NCBI RefSeq assembly: GCF_009834535.1
Contig: NC_045696.1
Location: forward strand, 107,200,001-107,264,000
Direction of reading: 5' to 3'
Origin: Camelus ferus
Taxonomy: Eukaryota
Length of the DNA: 64,000 nucleotides
In this document: positions 51,204 through 64,000 of the stretch, one piece after another
Layout of the letters: every line of letters begins with the position of its first letter
Position numbering within the stretch: position 1 is the stretch's first letter
Made by a program: the position numbers and the translations under genes
Notes under the pieces: model-generated
Seen by the model: only the letters and a program-made list of their open reading frames with translations
What the model was told of the DNA's origin: nothing
Database searches by the model: none

Positions 51204-53521
51204 TCTGAAAAAAAATCCCGTGTTCTCTTTTGTCAGTTTGTTAACTCAGCTCAGGATAATTCGCAATGAATTTCCTGGTTCTGCAACACTGAAACTCCCC
51301 ACACCCAATCCATGTGACTTGGCCCACACCCAGGCAATAGAAAGTTTTCCTGAGGCTTCTCTCTTTTCAAAACATTTTTGCCGTGAACTCTAACAGAACC
51401 TATAAAACAAGTATATCATGACGGCCACAAATATGACCTTATTATTCAGACTTATTTTGAAAGAAGCTTTTAAGTATATATTTTTTTTCAATAGTTGAAA
51501 ATATAGTCATGTATTCATTCTTCCCTTTGTTTTCTCCTTTTCTTTCTTAATCTTCAAATAATGTCTCCACCAGCACAATCACTGTGGAAAAAATCCATTA
51601 ATTATATGGAACAATTAAGTTACGAAAATGGGATTAAGAAATTCTGAGAAAGGAGACAAGAGTGTCTGATGCAAAAGATGGATTTATACCAGTATACAGG
51701 TTAACCATATACACCACTACCTTAAAACAGAATGTTTCCAAGTACCCTGGAAAACAGCAATAACTGTAATATAGTAATAAAACTAACAAAGCCTAGGACT
51801 TAAATAGATATAGTCTAGCTAAAATCATCTCAGTAATATCAGAAAATAGTACAGAAGGTTTCCCAGGAGTATTGACAAATCATAAAAATTGTATCTCATT
51901 AGGCTTTTAAAATTTATATGCAGTCATATCTAAAACTGGGATTTTTTTCCTCTTTGCTCTATGATATTAGTTTTTCACTATCTTTTGTTAATTACTGTCA
52001 TATCTGCTTTAGTCCCAGGACATCACTATCTTTTTAAAAAGGAACATGATAGTTTATCTAGGTGTGGCCCTAGCCCTTTCTGTACCTTCATCACTATGAG
52101 ACATATTTTCTTGGTAGAAGTTATCTTAATTTTCCCCAACACCTCTAATTAACATGCATTAAATAAATGTCTAGTATATACAAAATCAGAAGTATTCCTG
52201 ATTCCAACTTTGGCTCTTCAGCTATTCAAGGACAATTTCTTTCTGACTGTCTTCCATTTCATAAGTGTACTGTTTTCCATTTAAAAACTAGTATTAAAAC
52301 CTAATAATAGTGGCCTTATTTTAAAACCTTAAAATCTCAGAAAAGGTAGTCCTAGTTAAAGCAGTTAAGTATAATGGTGAAAATTTAGATTAATAACTCC
52401 ATTTATTAAATTACTTTTAGAATACTAGAAATGTTTTTTAGCTCAGAAATTGATATTCCATATTTTATATCTTACTTTGAATAGTACTGTGTTTTAGTTT
52501 TTACTGTTTACACTGGGTAAAGACATAGAAGAACTGTCTTCTATTACTGGTAATTGAAAGAACATTCTAGTACAGAATAACAATACCTCTGAATAAGAAA
52601 TAAAAACTAATATAAAGCAGTTAATAATATTTTATATTTGTCAATCATGCCACATTACTCCCAAACTATCTTTTTGCAAGGAGAAATTCTACCTTTTCTC
52701 CTACATATATACAAAGAACTATTAAGTAACAGCATGCTTGCCCAAATACCTGAGGGAAATTCTGTCCCTCCCAATTCCTTCCTGTTAGCCAAGGAGAATT
52801 TAAAAAAGAAAAAAGGCTAGCCCTCATCTGTGCATATTTCCTTCCTATCACAGCAGCTTGGCCAAGCCCAGTGTAAAGTAGGTTCCCTTATCTCTGGCCC
52901 TAATAGAGGGCCAGGAAAAACGAACAAAATTTAAAGTTAAGGGAATAAAGAAGAGGAAAAATGAGAAAATAAAAAAAGAGATCAGCTTTGTAGATGCTAG
53001 TCTATAGTAATGTTCCACAATTTAAAACTCTTCTGTCAAATATAAGAATAAAATGATGGTTTATTTTAAAAGCAAAGTTCAAAATGTAAGCCATTAGAGT
53101 AAAACAGAGCAATGTATCATGTAAAATAAACTGTCTTAAGGACAAGGAGGATACTCTTCATCTCACTCATTTATTCCCATCTCAATTCAATGCAGAATCT
53201 GCCTGAACTCCAACAGGCACTCATGGTTCCAGGAGCCCCTGTCAGAAGAGCAGAATCATTTCCACTATCAGCATCACTCTGGCTTGACTCTTGAACTCTG
53301 GCCAGACCCACCAACTAGATTTACAGAAACTGACCTTCACTAGTCTCCTGACTTGAACACGTGCTATGAGCCAAACTTATCTTGCCTAGCTGAAATCCCA
53401 GCCCTAGCCTTTTCTAGTCAATTCTGCCCACTCCTGCCAAAATTCTGTACAAAGAACCAAGCTCTACCATCCATTTTTGAAAAAGCATTGTTGTTCTTGT
53501 TTTAATACAAAAATAACTTAC

Positions 53522-53747
53522 CTAAGGTATCTTTTAGGTTTTTTACAATAGATGCTTTTCGGGCACTGTTTTTCCTTTCCACATAGTTAGAAGGCACAAA
53601 ACCCGTTTTATTCATGGAATTTCGAACTCGCCACCAGGACTTAGAATCATCCAGAAGCCATAATCTCTCATTCTTCTTGATATCCAGCTCTTGTTCTTGT
53701 TGGGCCACATAATCAAATTTGGCTACTACCACCACTTCTTCTGCCAT
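53522..53747 (-). CDS. NCK1: NCK1 first coding exon (SH3-1 domain, [75 protein letters not shown]), 226 nt
   Basis: ATG at 53747 in context gaaaATGG. Upstream acceptor ttacag ends at 53765. Donor TTAG|gtaagt is at 53521, phase 1. The translation is the recognisable NCK1 N-terminus. Confidence 0.99.
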
Positions 53748-53869
53748 TTTCAGCAGCTTCTGCACTGTAAGCACATAGAAAACATTTCATATAAGGTTTA
53801 ACTAGTAGTAGTCTACACACTTTCCAAAAGAGACACATCTAAGAACACTGAAAGACTGAAAATAAAAAC

Positions 53870-55030
53870 ATGAAAAAAACTAAAATACCAGGCATATGCT
53901 AATCAATACAAAATTGGTGGAGTTAATATTAACACACAAAAGGACTGTAAGGCAAAACTATTACTAGTAACAAAGAAATTCGCATATCATGATACAAGGT
54001 TTTTATTCAATATATATATATTATAACAGCTAAACTTACATGTACCTATTAATGTAGCTCCAAAATAAATCGACAGAACCACCAAGAAAAATTAGCAAAT
54101 CCCTTGTCTTCAGAGGACAACTTTTAACATACTTATCTCAGTAATAAATCAAGGAGACAAAAAATTAGTAAAGCTAAAGAAAAACTGACATCATAACCAT
54201 TAAGTCTGATGTAATAAACATATACAAGTATTACTTCCAAACAGAAGAATACAAACAGAACACATACAAAAGTTGACCAAATGCTAGCACATAAAAGAGC
54301 CTCTTACATTTTTCACTTGGTATCCTACAACCACATTCTGATAATCATAACAAAAAGATAGTTTTAAACCTTATATATTTAGAAACTTCTAAAAACTCAT
54401 GAGCCAAAGATGAAATCATAATAGAATTTTGAAAATACTTGTAAGTAAAATAATAAAATGACTACAGCATTGTGGGATGCAGCAAAAGAGTGTATAAAAG
54501 GAGACTCTTAGTTCTAAACAGTTACCTCAAAAAAATAAGAAAAGCTAAATAAAAGTAATGAACAGATTATCTGTCTTCAGTTAGAAAAGTTGAAGAATAT
54601 AAAGTAGATAAAAGGAAATAATACAAATAAAAGCAGAATTTAATGAAACAGAAAACAAAGATATAGAAGAAAGGCTCAACAAAAGGTAGTTCTTTGTCAT
54701 GACTAAAAAAACAGGCATAGTTCTGGAATGACTGATGAATGAAAAAAAAGGAAAAAGCACATCCAAACACCAGGAATAAAAAGGGAATTATAATTACAGA
54801 TGCTACAGACACTCCAAAGACATAGCAATATTAAAAACTTTATCAATAAATCTGAGAATAAGTAAAATGTACAAATTTATAGAAAATTAAAATAACAAAA
54901 GTAATAAAACTGAATCAGTCATTAAGAAATCTTCCCATAATGAAAACACCAGGGCCAGATGGTTTTACAGGCAAGTTCTACTAAAATTCAAGGAACAAAT
55001 AATTCCAATTTAAACAAACACTTTAAGAAC
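53870..55030 (+). mobile_element. Old L1 (L1ME-like) ORF2 5' half fragment
   Basis: ttgtgggatgcagcaaaag; aaaacaccagggccagatggttttacaggcaagttctac. Confidence 0.75.
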
Positions 55031-55679
55031 AAAGAAAGGAAATGCTAAAAGCCTAACTCACTCCTGAACCTAGATTAGCTCTCTGCTTTCTTCAGAGAGA
55101 TTATTTTACATAAATAGCTACCCCTGGTTCAGCAAACAAATAAAATCAGCTTCTGGTTTTGGATAATGAATAGCATTCTGCTTTCTTAACAATGAAGCAA
55201 ATTCTTCAATGTACTCAGAGAAATGCATTTAATCTAGAATTCAAAAACCCCTAGCATTCAAGTGTAGATACTGTATCTACAAGGTAGATACTTTTGGGAG
55301 GAGGGGGCAAATTGCAAGGCCTCAAAACCTACCACATAGTCTTCTAAAGGAATGACTCAAGTACGTACAGCAACAAAATTAATAACGCTTAAAAAAAAGA
55401 GGATGCTCTGGTATTCAAGTATTGACAAACAGAGAAAAACCAGAAAAATTAATTTGTATTCCTGCAACTTTTCTGTTTGAAATTACTTCCAAATAAAAAG
55501 TTACAACTCAAGTCTAACTAGCTTCAAATGTGTATTTTGGTTAATGAAAGCCTTCCCTACATAGTAGAATCATTTATGGAGCTTTTATAAAAATACAGGA
55601 GCTTAGGCCTCTACTTCAGAGCTTCTCATCAGGAATTAGTATTTTTAGGAATTAGTAATTCACTCAGGAATTAGTTTTT

Positions 55680-57965
55680 TCAAAAGCCACCCAGCCTAGC
55701 AAGACAAAACTTTTAGACAATAAACACTCTACTGCAAACACTACAGAAAAACTGGCCCCACCCATACCAAAAAAACCTAAGAAAGAAACCTGGACTTCTC
55801 CCCTTAAGAGGCTATATGGGGCACTCCAACAGCCCTGCCTGGTGATGTAAGTAAAGACCAACTAAGAATCCAGAACTTTCATTACCCATCAGCCAGACAG
55901 AAAATCAGCAAGGATGTAAAGGAAACCAATAACACATTCAACCAACAGGATCTAGCCAACATTTATAGAATATTCCACTGAACAATAGCAAAATATACAA
56001 GCTTTTCAAGTGCTCATGGAATAAATACCAAGAAAGACCATATCCCGAGCCATAAAATAGATCTCAACAAATTTAAAATAACTGGTCATATAATGTGTTC
56101 TCTGACTACAATAGAATAAAACTAGAAATCAATAACAGAAAGATAACAGAAAAACCTCCAAATATTTGGAATATACTTCTAAATAATCCATGGGTCAAAA
56201 AAGTCTCAAGAAAAATCAAATATAACACTGAAGTGAAAATGAAAATTAACCTATCAAAATTTGTGTGACACAGATCAATCTGCAAAAATCAATTGTATTT
56301 CTATATACTAGCAATGAACATATAGACAACAAAATTAAAAGCAATACCACTGAATAATAAAAGGAAAAAAATGAAATTAGTGTGACTCTAACAAAACATT
56401 AATATGACTATATGTTGAAAACTACAAATGCAGATGAAAGAAATCAAAGATCTAAATAAAAGTGTTTAGGAATAGAAGATTCAACACAGTAAGGATGTGA
56501 ATTGTTTCTAACTTGATATATGGGTGATATAATTCTTATTAAATTCCAGCAAAATTTTTTGTATATATAGGCATTGTTATTCTGTAATTTTTACGGAAAG
56601 GTAGAATAACTAGAATAGCTATAACAATTTTCAAAAGTTACAATAAAGTAGGGAAAAACTTACTATGTAGCTACAGTTAAGTCAAGGTTGTACATATTTG
56701 CAAAGAGATAGACACATATATTAATATAACAAAGGAAAAAAACCTAGAAATAGACCTACAAAATATGCCCAACTGAATTTTTAACGAAGGTGAAAAAAGT
56801 AATTCAATGAAGGAAGAACAAATATTGCAAAGGCTAATGGACACCAATAGACAAAACAAAACAATGTGCACTGACCTAACCTCACACCTTATACAAATTC
56901 AAAATGGATGACAACCTTAAATGTAAAACTATGAAACCTGTAGAAAAATATCTGCAAGAAAATCTTCAGGCTACAGAGCTAGGTAAAGAGTTCTTAGGCT
57001 TGACACTGAAAGCAAAATCCATAAAAGGAAAAACTCAACAGCAGAAAAACAACTCCAATTAGAAAACAAACAAAAGACAAAGAGACATTAACTAAAGAAG
57101 ATATATAAATGGCAAACAACCATATGAAAAGATGTTCATCATCACTAGCTAAGAAAATGTAAATTAAAACCACATTGAGACATCACTACACACCTATCAG
57201 AACAGTTACAATAAAAGAGTGACAATATCAAATGCTGGCAAGGATATGCTGAAACTGAATCACTCATATATTGCTGATGAGAATTTTAAATGGTACAAAT
57301 ACCCTGGAAAACAGCTTGGCAATTTCTTGTAAAACTAAACATGCATCTACAATACAACTGACCAATTGTACTCCTGGGCATTTATCCCAGAAAAATGAAG
57401 ACTTACAATCATACAAAAACTTTTACATGACTGTTTGTAGCAACTTTAGCTGTAATTGCCAAAAACTGTAAACCACCCAGATGTCCTTCAACAGGTGAAT
57501 GTTTAAACAAACTGTGGTATATCCATGCCATGGAATAATACTCAGCAATAAAAAGGAAAAAATGACTGCTATGTGCAATAACCTGGATGATGTATCTCCA
57601 GGGAATTATGCTGAATGGGGGGGGGGGGGGAAGGTCAATCCCAAAGGTTAAACACTATGTGAGTCCATTTATCTGACATTCTTGAAATGACAAAATTATC
57701 TGGGCTTATGGATGGGGTGGGAGGGTGAAAGAAGTGGATGTGTTTATATAAGGACAGCATGAGGGATTCTTCTGTTAATGGAAATGTTCTGCAGCTTGAT
57801 TATCAATATTAATATCCTGTCTGTTACACTATACTATTCTTTTGCCAGATGTTACCATTGGAAGAAACTGGGTATAGAATACACTGGATCTCAAAGTCTT
57901 AAGATTTCTTGTAATTGCATATGAATCTATAATTATCTCAAAATTAAAAGTTTAACTGAAATAAA
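55680..57965 (+). mobile_element. L1MC/MD-like element with internal deletions
   Basis: EN fragment cagaaaatcagcaaggatgtaaagg and 3'UTR gggaattatgctgaat...caatcccaaagg, similar to 17530-17990. Confidence 0.85.
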
Positions 57966-58114
57966 ACAGACTGATTAAAGATAAAAGCAAAACAAAAAAT
58001 AAAATATAGAAATAAATTTTCATATTCTTGATGCAAGGAAGTCTTTTATTATCATGATTCCAGTATTAGAAATCATAAAATGAAAAAAAATTTAACTTTG
58101 GTATAGCAAAGGAC

Positions 58115-58583
58115 ATTAGTACCTACTGCTGCTGTAACAAATTACCACAAACTTAGTGACTAAAAATAACACAAATTTATCATCTCAGTTTCAAAGGTCA
58201 GAAATATGAAATGTGTCTTACAGGCTGAAATCAAAGTTATCAGCAGAATTGTGTTCCCTCTGGAAGTTGTAGGGGAAAATCCTTTCCTTGCCATTTCCAA
58301 CCTCTGGAAGCTGTTCCCATTCCCTGGGTCAAGACTGCATCACTCTAATCTTTAAGTTAGACTGTCACGTCTCCTTTTCTCACTTTTAACTCTTCTGCTT
58401 CCCTCTCATAAGGACCCTTACAATTTACTTTGGGCCCATAAGGATAATTCAAAATAATCTCCCCAATTCAAAATCCTTAATTACATCTGCAGAGTCTCTT
58501 TAACTATGTAAGGTAACATATTCATAGGTTCTGGAGATTAGGTCGTGTACATCTTTGGGTAGTCATTACTGTGCCTACTATCA
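58115..58583. mobile_element. MLT1 (ERVL-MaLR) solo LTR
   Basis: tgctgctgtaacaaattaccacaaacttagtgactaaaa...taaggtaacatattcataggttctggagattagg. Confidence 0.88.
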
Positions 58584-58944
58584 CATCAAAAAACAAAGTT
58601 AACAGACTAACGTGCTGGGGGAAATATTTGTTATATGTTCAAGTGTCACAGCCGATTATATAATTAAAGCTCATACAAATGATGAGAAAAGATAATAAAT
58701 GAGTTTAAAGTTGGCAAAAAATTAAGATCATTTATGGACGTGAAAGTACAAAAGGTCAGAAAGCACTGGGAAAGATTCAGAATGTCCTTATAATTATAGA
58801 AATAAAATCTGAAACCAAGGTACTAATTCACTACCTATTAGAGTGACCAAAAAATACCAACATTATCTAGTGCTCCTAGAATGTAACATAATAGGCATTC
58901 TACTACATTATTGACATTATAACTAAAAATTGTTATAAAACTTT

Positions 58945-60540
58945 AAATTTTTTAATTATGGGAATTTCAACATACACGAAAGTAGAGAATAGTAAAACAA
59001 GCCCCATACATATTACCCAACTTCAATGATCAATATTCTGCCTCTGTGGTTCATCTGTCCCCTGCAACATTTGGTGGGAGAGCTGGAATCCTATGACTTC
59101 ATCTATAAGTACTAATAGATAAGAACCCATACCCCACAAAAATTAACAATGAATTAAGGGCTCCCTCTCCCTTTTGGCATCTGGTAAAACCTGTAACACC
59201 TAATCAGAATATGGTTTTAAATGCATAAAAATATGTAAGATCACAAATAAAATCAATTATATTGAAATTCAGTTATCAAAATATTTTTAAAAACTTGTTT
59301 TGTTAAAAATGTTTCTTTGTTAAGGTTAAGAGTACCTGCAACAATTCTTTCATTTCATCAATATTAATGTTTAATTTTTTCTGAATGAATTTTGTTAAGT
59401 CTTTTAACAACTGGTTTATTTGAACTAGGATCCAAGCTACATCTGTACATACATACACTTTGGTTAGTATGTTTAAGTTTCCTTAATTTTTAACACAGTT
59501 CTCTTTCCCTGCCATTTATTTGTTGAAGAACCTGGCTTTGTTCTGTAGTATTTCCGGCATTTGTGGACTTGATTGACATGCATCCTCATGGCGCTCCTTT
59601 ATCTTCCCTATCTTCTGTAAACTGGTAATTATATCTAGAGGCTTTACTCTTTCTTTTTCTCTCCTTCCCAGGTTCTTTTGTTGTTGGTGTAAGAATACTT
59701 AACAGGTATTCTTGTGTACTACTTACTGCCAAAAAATAGGCGGCGCACTATATTTGGCTGCCCAATTGTCAGTTGTGTTAAGACTGAATGGTGGGATTAT
59801 GAATATCCATTATCAAGTTCCCCATCAAATCTTCAGCCAGTGGTTTTCTCAGCCACTGAAGCTCACTCCCTGGATCTACTATTTCCAAAATGATGATCTG
59901 CTTGATCTACCTGCTTTTAGAAACTGTTCTTGTTCTACAAAGAACATCATCTCATTAATTACTTGATTACCCTAATACACAGACCCTACAGGAAAAGCAG
60001 AATATTAACTGGATAAATTCAAGTTTCCATTTTTTGGAGATCACTTTATTTTTCCTTTTTTAATTTAATTTTATTTTATAATTACATAAAATATTTAGAT
60101 GGTTTCTAAAAGTAAACTGTCAGACAAGGTACATTTAGAGGGGTCTGCTTCCATACTCACGTTGTCTTTTTTTTCTCTCCCTCTCCCAAAATGATAACCA
60201 TTTTTTTATTTGTCTTGGGTTATCTTTCTATTGCTTCTTTCTGAATATATAAGACATTGGTAAATTAGAAATGCCAATTTTCATGTCCTCCCGCAACAAA
60301 ACATACACACTCACAAAAGGAGGAGGCACACTATGTATATACTCTTTGAACCTTGCTTTTTAAATATAAAGATCATTATAGAAGATCATTCCATAGCAGT
60401 ATAAAAGAGTTCTCTTCTAATATAATTATTTCTAACTATTGCACAGTACTTCATCATATAGAAGTATCACAGCTCCCTCAACTAGACCTTACTGACAGAC
60501 AACAGGTTGTTTCCAGTCTTCTGGTATTAAATAGTGCTGC

Positions 60541-60598
<58 letters not shown>

Positions 60599-61090
60599 TA
60601 TATATATACATATATCACTTTATTTTCCTGTTTGTGTGCCTCTAGGTCACAGGCGAATGCTGAGATGAAGCTTAAGGTTTATATAATTTTGTGAATATTG
60701 CCAAATTTCCTATCTGTTGGCTCTTTATCCTTTTGTATTCTCAGCAATATCTGATAGTGATTATTTCCTCACAGCCTTGCCAACAAACTATGTTAACCAT
60801 TTTTTGGATTCTGGCCAACTGGATAGGTAAGAAATGCTATTTCAGAGAAGGTTTTATTTGTATTTTTCTGTTACAGTGAAATTGAGTACCTTTCCCCCAA
60901 ATGTAAGGAACATGTGCATTTGTTTTTCTGTGTGGACTGCTTATTCATATCTTTTGATCATTTTAGTGTAGCTTTTCTTTTTCACTTTTTAGAAGCTCTT
61001 TATATAGCAGGAAATTTACCCTTTGTCTTTGGTATAAATTGCAAATTTTTCCATTTTGTAATTTGTCTTTTTAACTTGATTAACATATTT
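58945..61090 (-). mobile_element. Patchwork of old L1 (L1MC/ME-like) 3' fragments with a hAT-Charlie-type piece at about 59160-59290
   Basis: ttttaattatgggaatttcaacatac; gaatattgccaaatt...tttcctcacagccttgccaaca. Boundaries approximate. Confidence 0.6.
60542..60615. repeat. Compound (TG)n(TA)n(CA)n(TA)n microsatellite
   Basis: Read directly. Confidence 0.97.
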
Positions 61091-63073
61091 CAAGAACAAA
61101 ATTTCTGAAGGACAACTGTCAAAACTGTAAATGCACATTTCTTTGAACCAGCAATCTACAAACTACAGGAAAAAATGATAAAAGTACCCAAAGTCATTTA
61201 TGTAAGAATGTTTGCTGTGGCACTGCTAATAATCAAGAAAAATCAAGAATGAAATGTACAATAACAGTGTCTAAATTATAAATACTGGTATGGTAAAATG
61301 TCCAAGAAATATTAAGCAAATGGTGCAAATTCCAAAACAATGTTTATTATGATTATGTTTTTTTAAATCCTATTACATATGCTTGTATATGCACTAAAAA
61401 GTTCAGGGAGGATATACATCAAACTGTACAGAGGTAGCCTCAGTGAGTGCTAAGATTGGTACGATTTTCCCTCCCTACTCCATATATATGTATGGTTTGA
61501 ATATTTTCAACAGGTACATACTTAATTCTTTAAATGTATTATAAAAAGAGAGAAAACCAACTGAAAGCTAGTTAATAGGAACTGGCATCCAGAACACAAA
61601 GTATGGGTAAGGAAACATGGGGCAGGTATGAGCTAAAAGGAAATGTCAAGAGTAGTAAGGAGGTATAAAACTAAATCTGCTTTACAGTAGAATTACATTT
61701 AGAACCTAAACAATCAGAATCTAAAGCAAAAAACAAACAACACTCCCTCCAAAAAAAAAACCCACTTAAAAGTTAGCTTTCCTTTGATGACCATTTCTTC
61801 AGTTAAGTACCAAAGAGCTAACTTTAATTTAGAGTCTGTATAGTAGGGAAAACTATGTATCTTTAAAAACAAGTAACAAAGTGAAATGACATGTGTTAAT
61901 ACTACAAGAGGGACAGCAACTGAAATCAACTGAGAAAACAAAATAATGCTTCCCACCTCATGCTTACACTGGAACAGATGCTCAGAGTAGACTGATAGGT
62001 AGAAACATATACAGTTTTAACAGCCATTTCTCTCTTACTTTCTTTTAGCCACACTTATTTCAAATGACATAAATTAAATATGAAATGACTCCACTGCACT
62101 TTGAGCCAACCTAGAGGCCTGGTTATAAGGTTGTCAGTTAATATTCCACATTCTCCTGCAAAAGCTTCAGCTCCATGTTTTCAACTACACTAAAGATATT
62201 TGCACTGGGATGCTCCTGGCTCCTACTCTTGCTTTCAGGATCTGGACTCCTATCCTTTTGTCTTTCTGTCCCTATACCTACTACCTGAAACCAGGAGCCT
62301 TACCAACCAGTGTCCAATTCCTCCCCTGACATCAAGTGTTGGATTTCCTTCCTAAAATCTGTACTGCTGATTTTGATCCCCACTGACTGCCAGCTCTGCT
62401 CTGATTACATGAACATCATGGACCTTGGACTTGACATTAGTCCCAGTTTATAGTATTCACACCCTGCTTGCCTTTTTTTCCTGGGCTTATTTCCTGATCT
62501 CAGTTTGTTTTTCAAATTCACTTCCAATCTCTTTTCCAAACTGGACTTGTACTTCTGGCTTTTTCTGATCTGGTTACCACAAGAACAGAACCAAGTTGGA
62601 ATTAAAGAACTCAATAATTTCAATATGTCAGTAAAGATAGTATGGAATTTACTGTTCTACAGATCTTCATAAATTACACCATTCTTTCTTATTGGAAAGG
62701 GATCAATAGATTGAGCTGGAGAACTACTAGTTTAAGAAGAGAAGTTTTACACTCGCACAAAGGCTGGGAGTCACTAAAAATGTGTCACTCTATACCAAGG
62801 AATGTTTACTGAATGTCCATAATTCAGGTATATCCTAGGATTTCCCTCATAACAATCCTTTAAAGTATTATCCTCACTTTACAACTATAATACAGACACT
62901 AACAAGTTAAATGGCTTTTCAACCTTGGAAAATAAATGGTGAAAACTGGGAGTCAAATGCATGCTCTTTTCACTTCCCTAGAGTTCATGTACTTTTGATT
63001 ACCATGCTGACTCTTAAGGAACAGAAAAGGAGTATAAATGTTATAAATACATGGAAACCAATGACTACTAAAC

Positions 63074-63625
63074 CAGCAATTCTCAAACTATTTGGTTTCA
63101 AAAATCCCTTTACATACTTAAAACTGAAGGCCCAAAGAGCTTTTTTGTTTATATCAGTTATATCTATCAATATTTACCATGTCAGGAATTAAAATTAAGA
63201 AAATATTGGGATACTTTTAATTCAATTAAATATAATCACATTTAATCCAATGCATTTTAACATATTTTTATGAAAATTATACCTTCCAAAACAAAACATC
63301 AGTGAAAAGAGTGGAATTATTTTACATTTTTGCAAATCTTTTTAATGTATGATTTAATAGAAGACAGGTGGATTCTTACATCTGTTTCAGCATTTAATGT
63401 ATTACAACACTGTTTAGGCTGAAAAGAAAACCTGGTCTCACACAGATGTAGTAGGAAAAAGATGAAGAGTATTTTAAGAGTCTTTCCAGATAACTGTGGA
63501 TTCTTTTTTGATACTACACTAAAATCTGACAAGCACTAGAGTTTCTTAAATACTAGTTTCTAACATGGAATCTAAAAGTTTATAATGAACTTTTCCATAC
63601 TGTTTCACGTATTAAAACTCATTGG
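63074..63625. mobile_element. Charlie1-like hAT DNA transposon end
   Basis: cagcaattctcaaactatttggtttca..tccctttacatactta...cccaaagagcttttttgttt...aaaagagtggaattattttacatttttgcaaatctt. Confidence 0.8.
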
Positions 63626-63711
63626 CCTAAGTATTTTCAATTCCAGGAATGATGAGTGTAAGCCTACTGTAATCTCTCTCCCCAAATGATTACAATTAAA
63701 TCTCCAGGAAA

Positions 63712-63743
<32 letters not shown>

Positions 63744-63746
63744 ACA
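63712..63746. repeat. (CA)n microsatellite, one interruption
   Basis: Read directly. Confidence 0.95.
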
Positions 63747-64000
63747 GAATTAGCTACCTAAAGACTCTGAAACATATATAGGTAGATTGGAGAGGGAAAT
63801 CAATTTGAAAAAAGACCAATACAGCAATGACAAATTTCCTTTTGGTCACCCCCACCACACATACACACAATTTCCTAGCTTTGACCCAAAGCCAGGCAGA
63901 ATAGGAAATTGCGTAGCAGGTGCAGTAAGGAAAAAACTCAAGAGAAGCTCATTTGGCCAAAAGACAGTGGGAAAAGGCTCTAGAAAGCCAGAGTGAGTTA

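Noticed and set aside
15190..58583. Similar L1MC-then-MLT1 arrangement at 15-20.5 kb and 55.7-58.6 kb suggesting a segmental duplication
   Set aside because: The flanking unique sequence and the spacing differ, so these are independent insertions of common families.
1..64000. CRISPR array, operon, viral or other novel multi-gene system
   Set aside because: I saw no regularly spaced repeats, no long unexplained ORFs and no foreign coding block. The window is explained by NCK1, IL20RB and mammalian repeats.

Overview
This is mammalian genomic DNA, most likely a camelid, judging from a Vic-1-like tRNA-derived SINE and artiodactyl-type L1 3' ends. Two spliced genes lie in tandem on the minus strand. 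NCK1 (SH3-SH3-SH3-SH2 adaptor) has its complete CDS here in three exons: 53747-53522, 37508-36796 and 34764-34570, which total 1134 nt or 377 aa. It also has an alternative coding first exon at 51203-51170 that gives a 313-aa form lacking SH3-1; its non-coding exon 1 lies beyond the right edge. IL20RB (class II cytokine receptor beta chain) has coding exons 1-6 between 25631 and 2812, and its last exon was not found, so it presumably lies beyond the left edge. All splice sites are GT-AG and the phases join without stops. The rest is intronic or intergenic DNA rich in L1, L2, MIR, MLT1 and hAT/MER relics. Nearly all other ORFs in the six-frame track are spurious or are decayed L1 fragments. I found no prokaryotic-style or wholly new gene system. 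The most interesting features are an in-frame 19-codon uORF separated from IL20RB by a single TGA, the internal NCK1 first exon, a three-level nested insertion with readable target-site duplications (TSDs), and an L1 5'UTR fused directly to an L1 3' end. Repeat family names and human comparisons come from recall, not from a database search.
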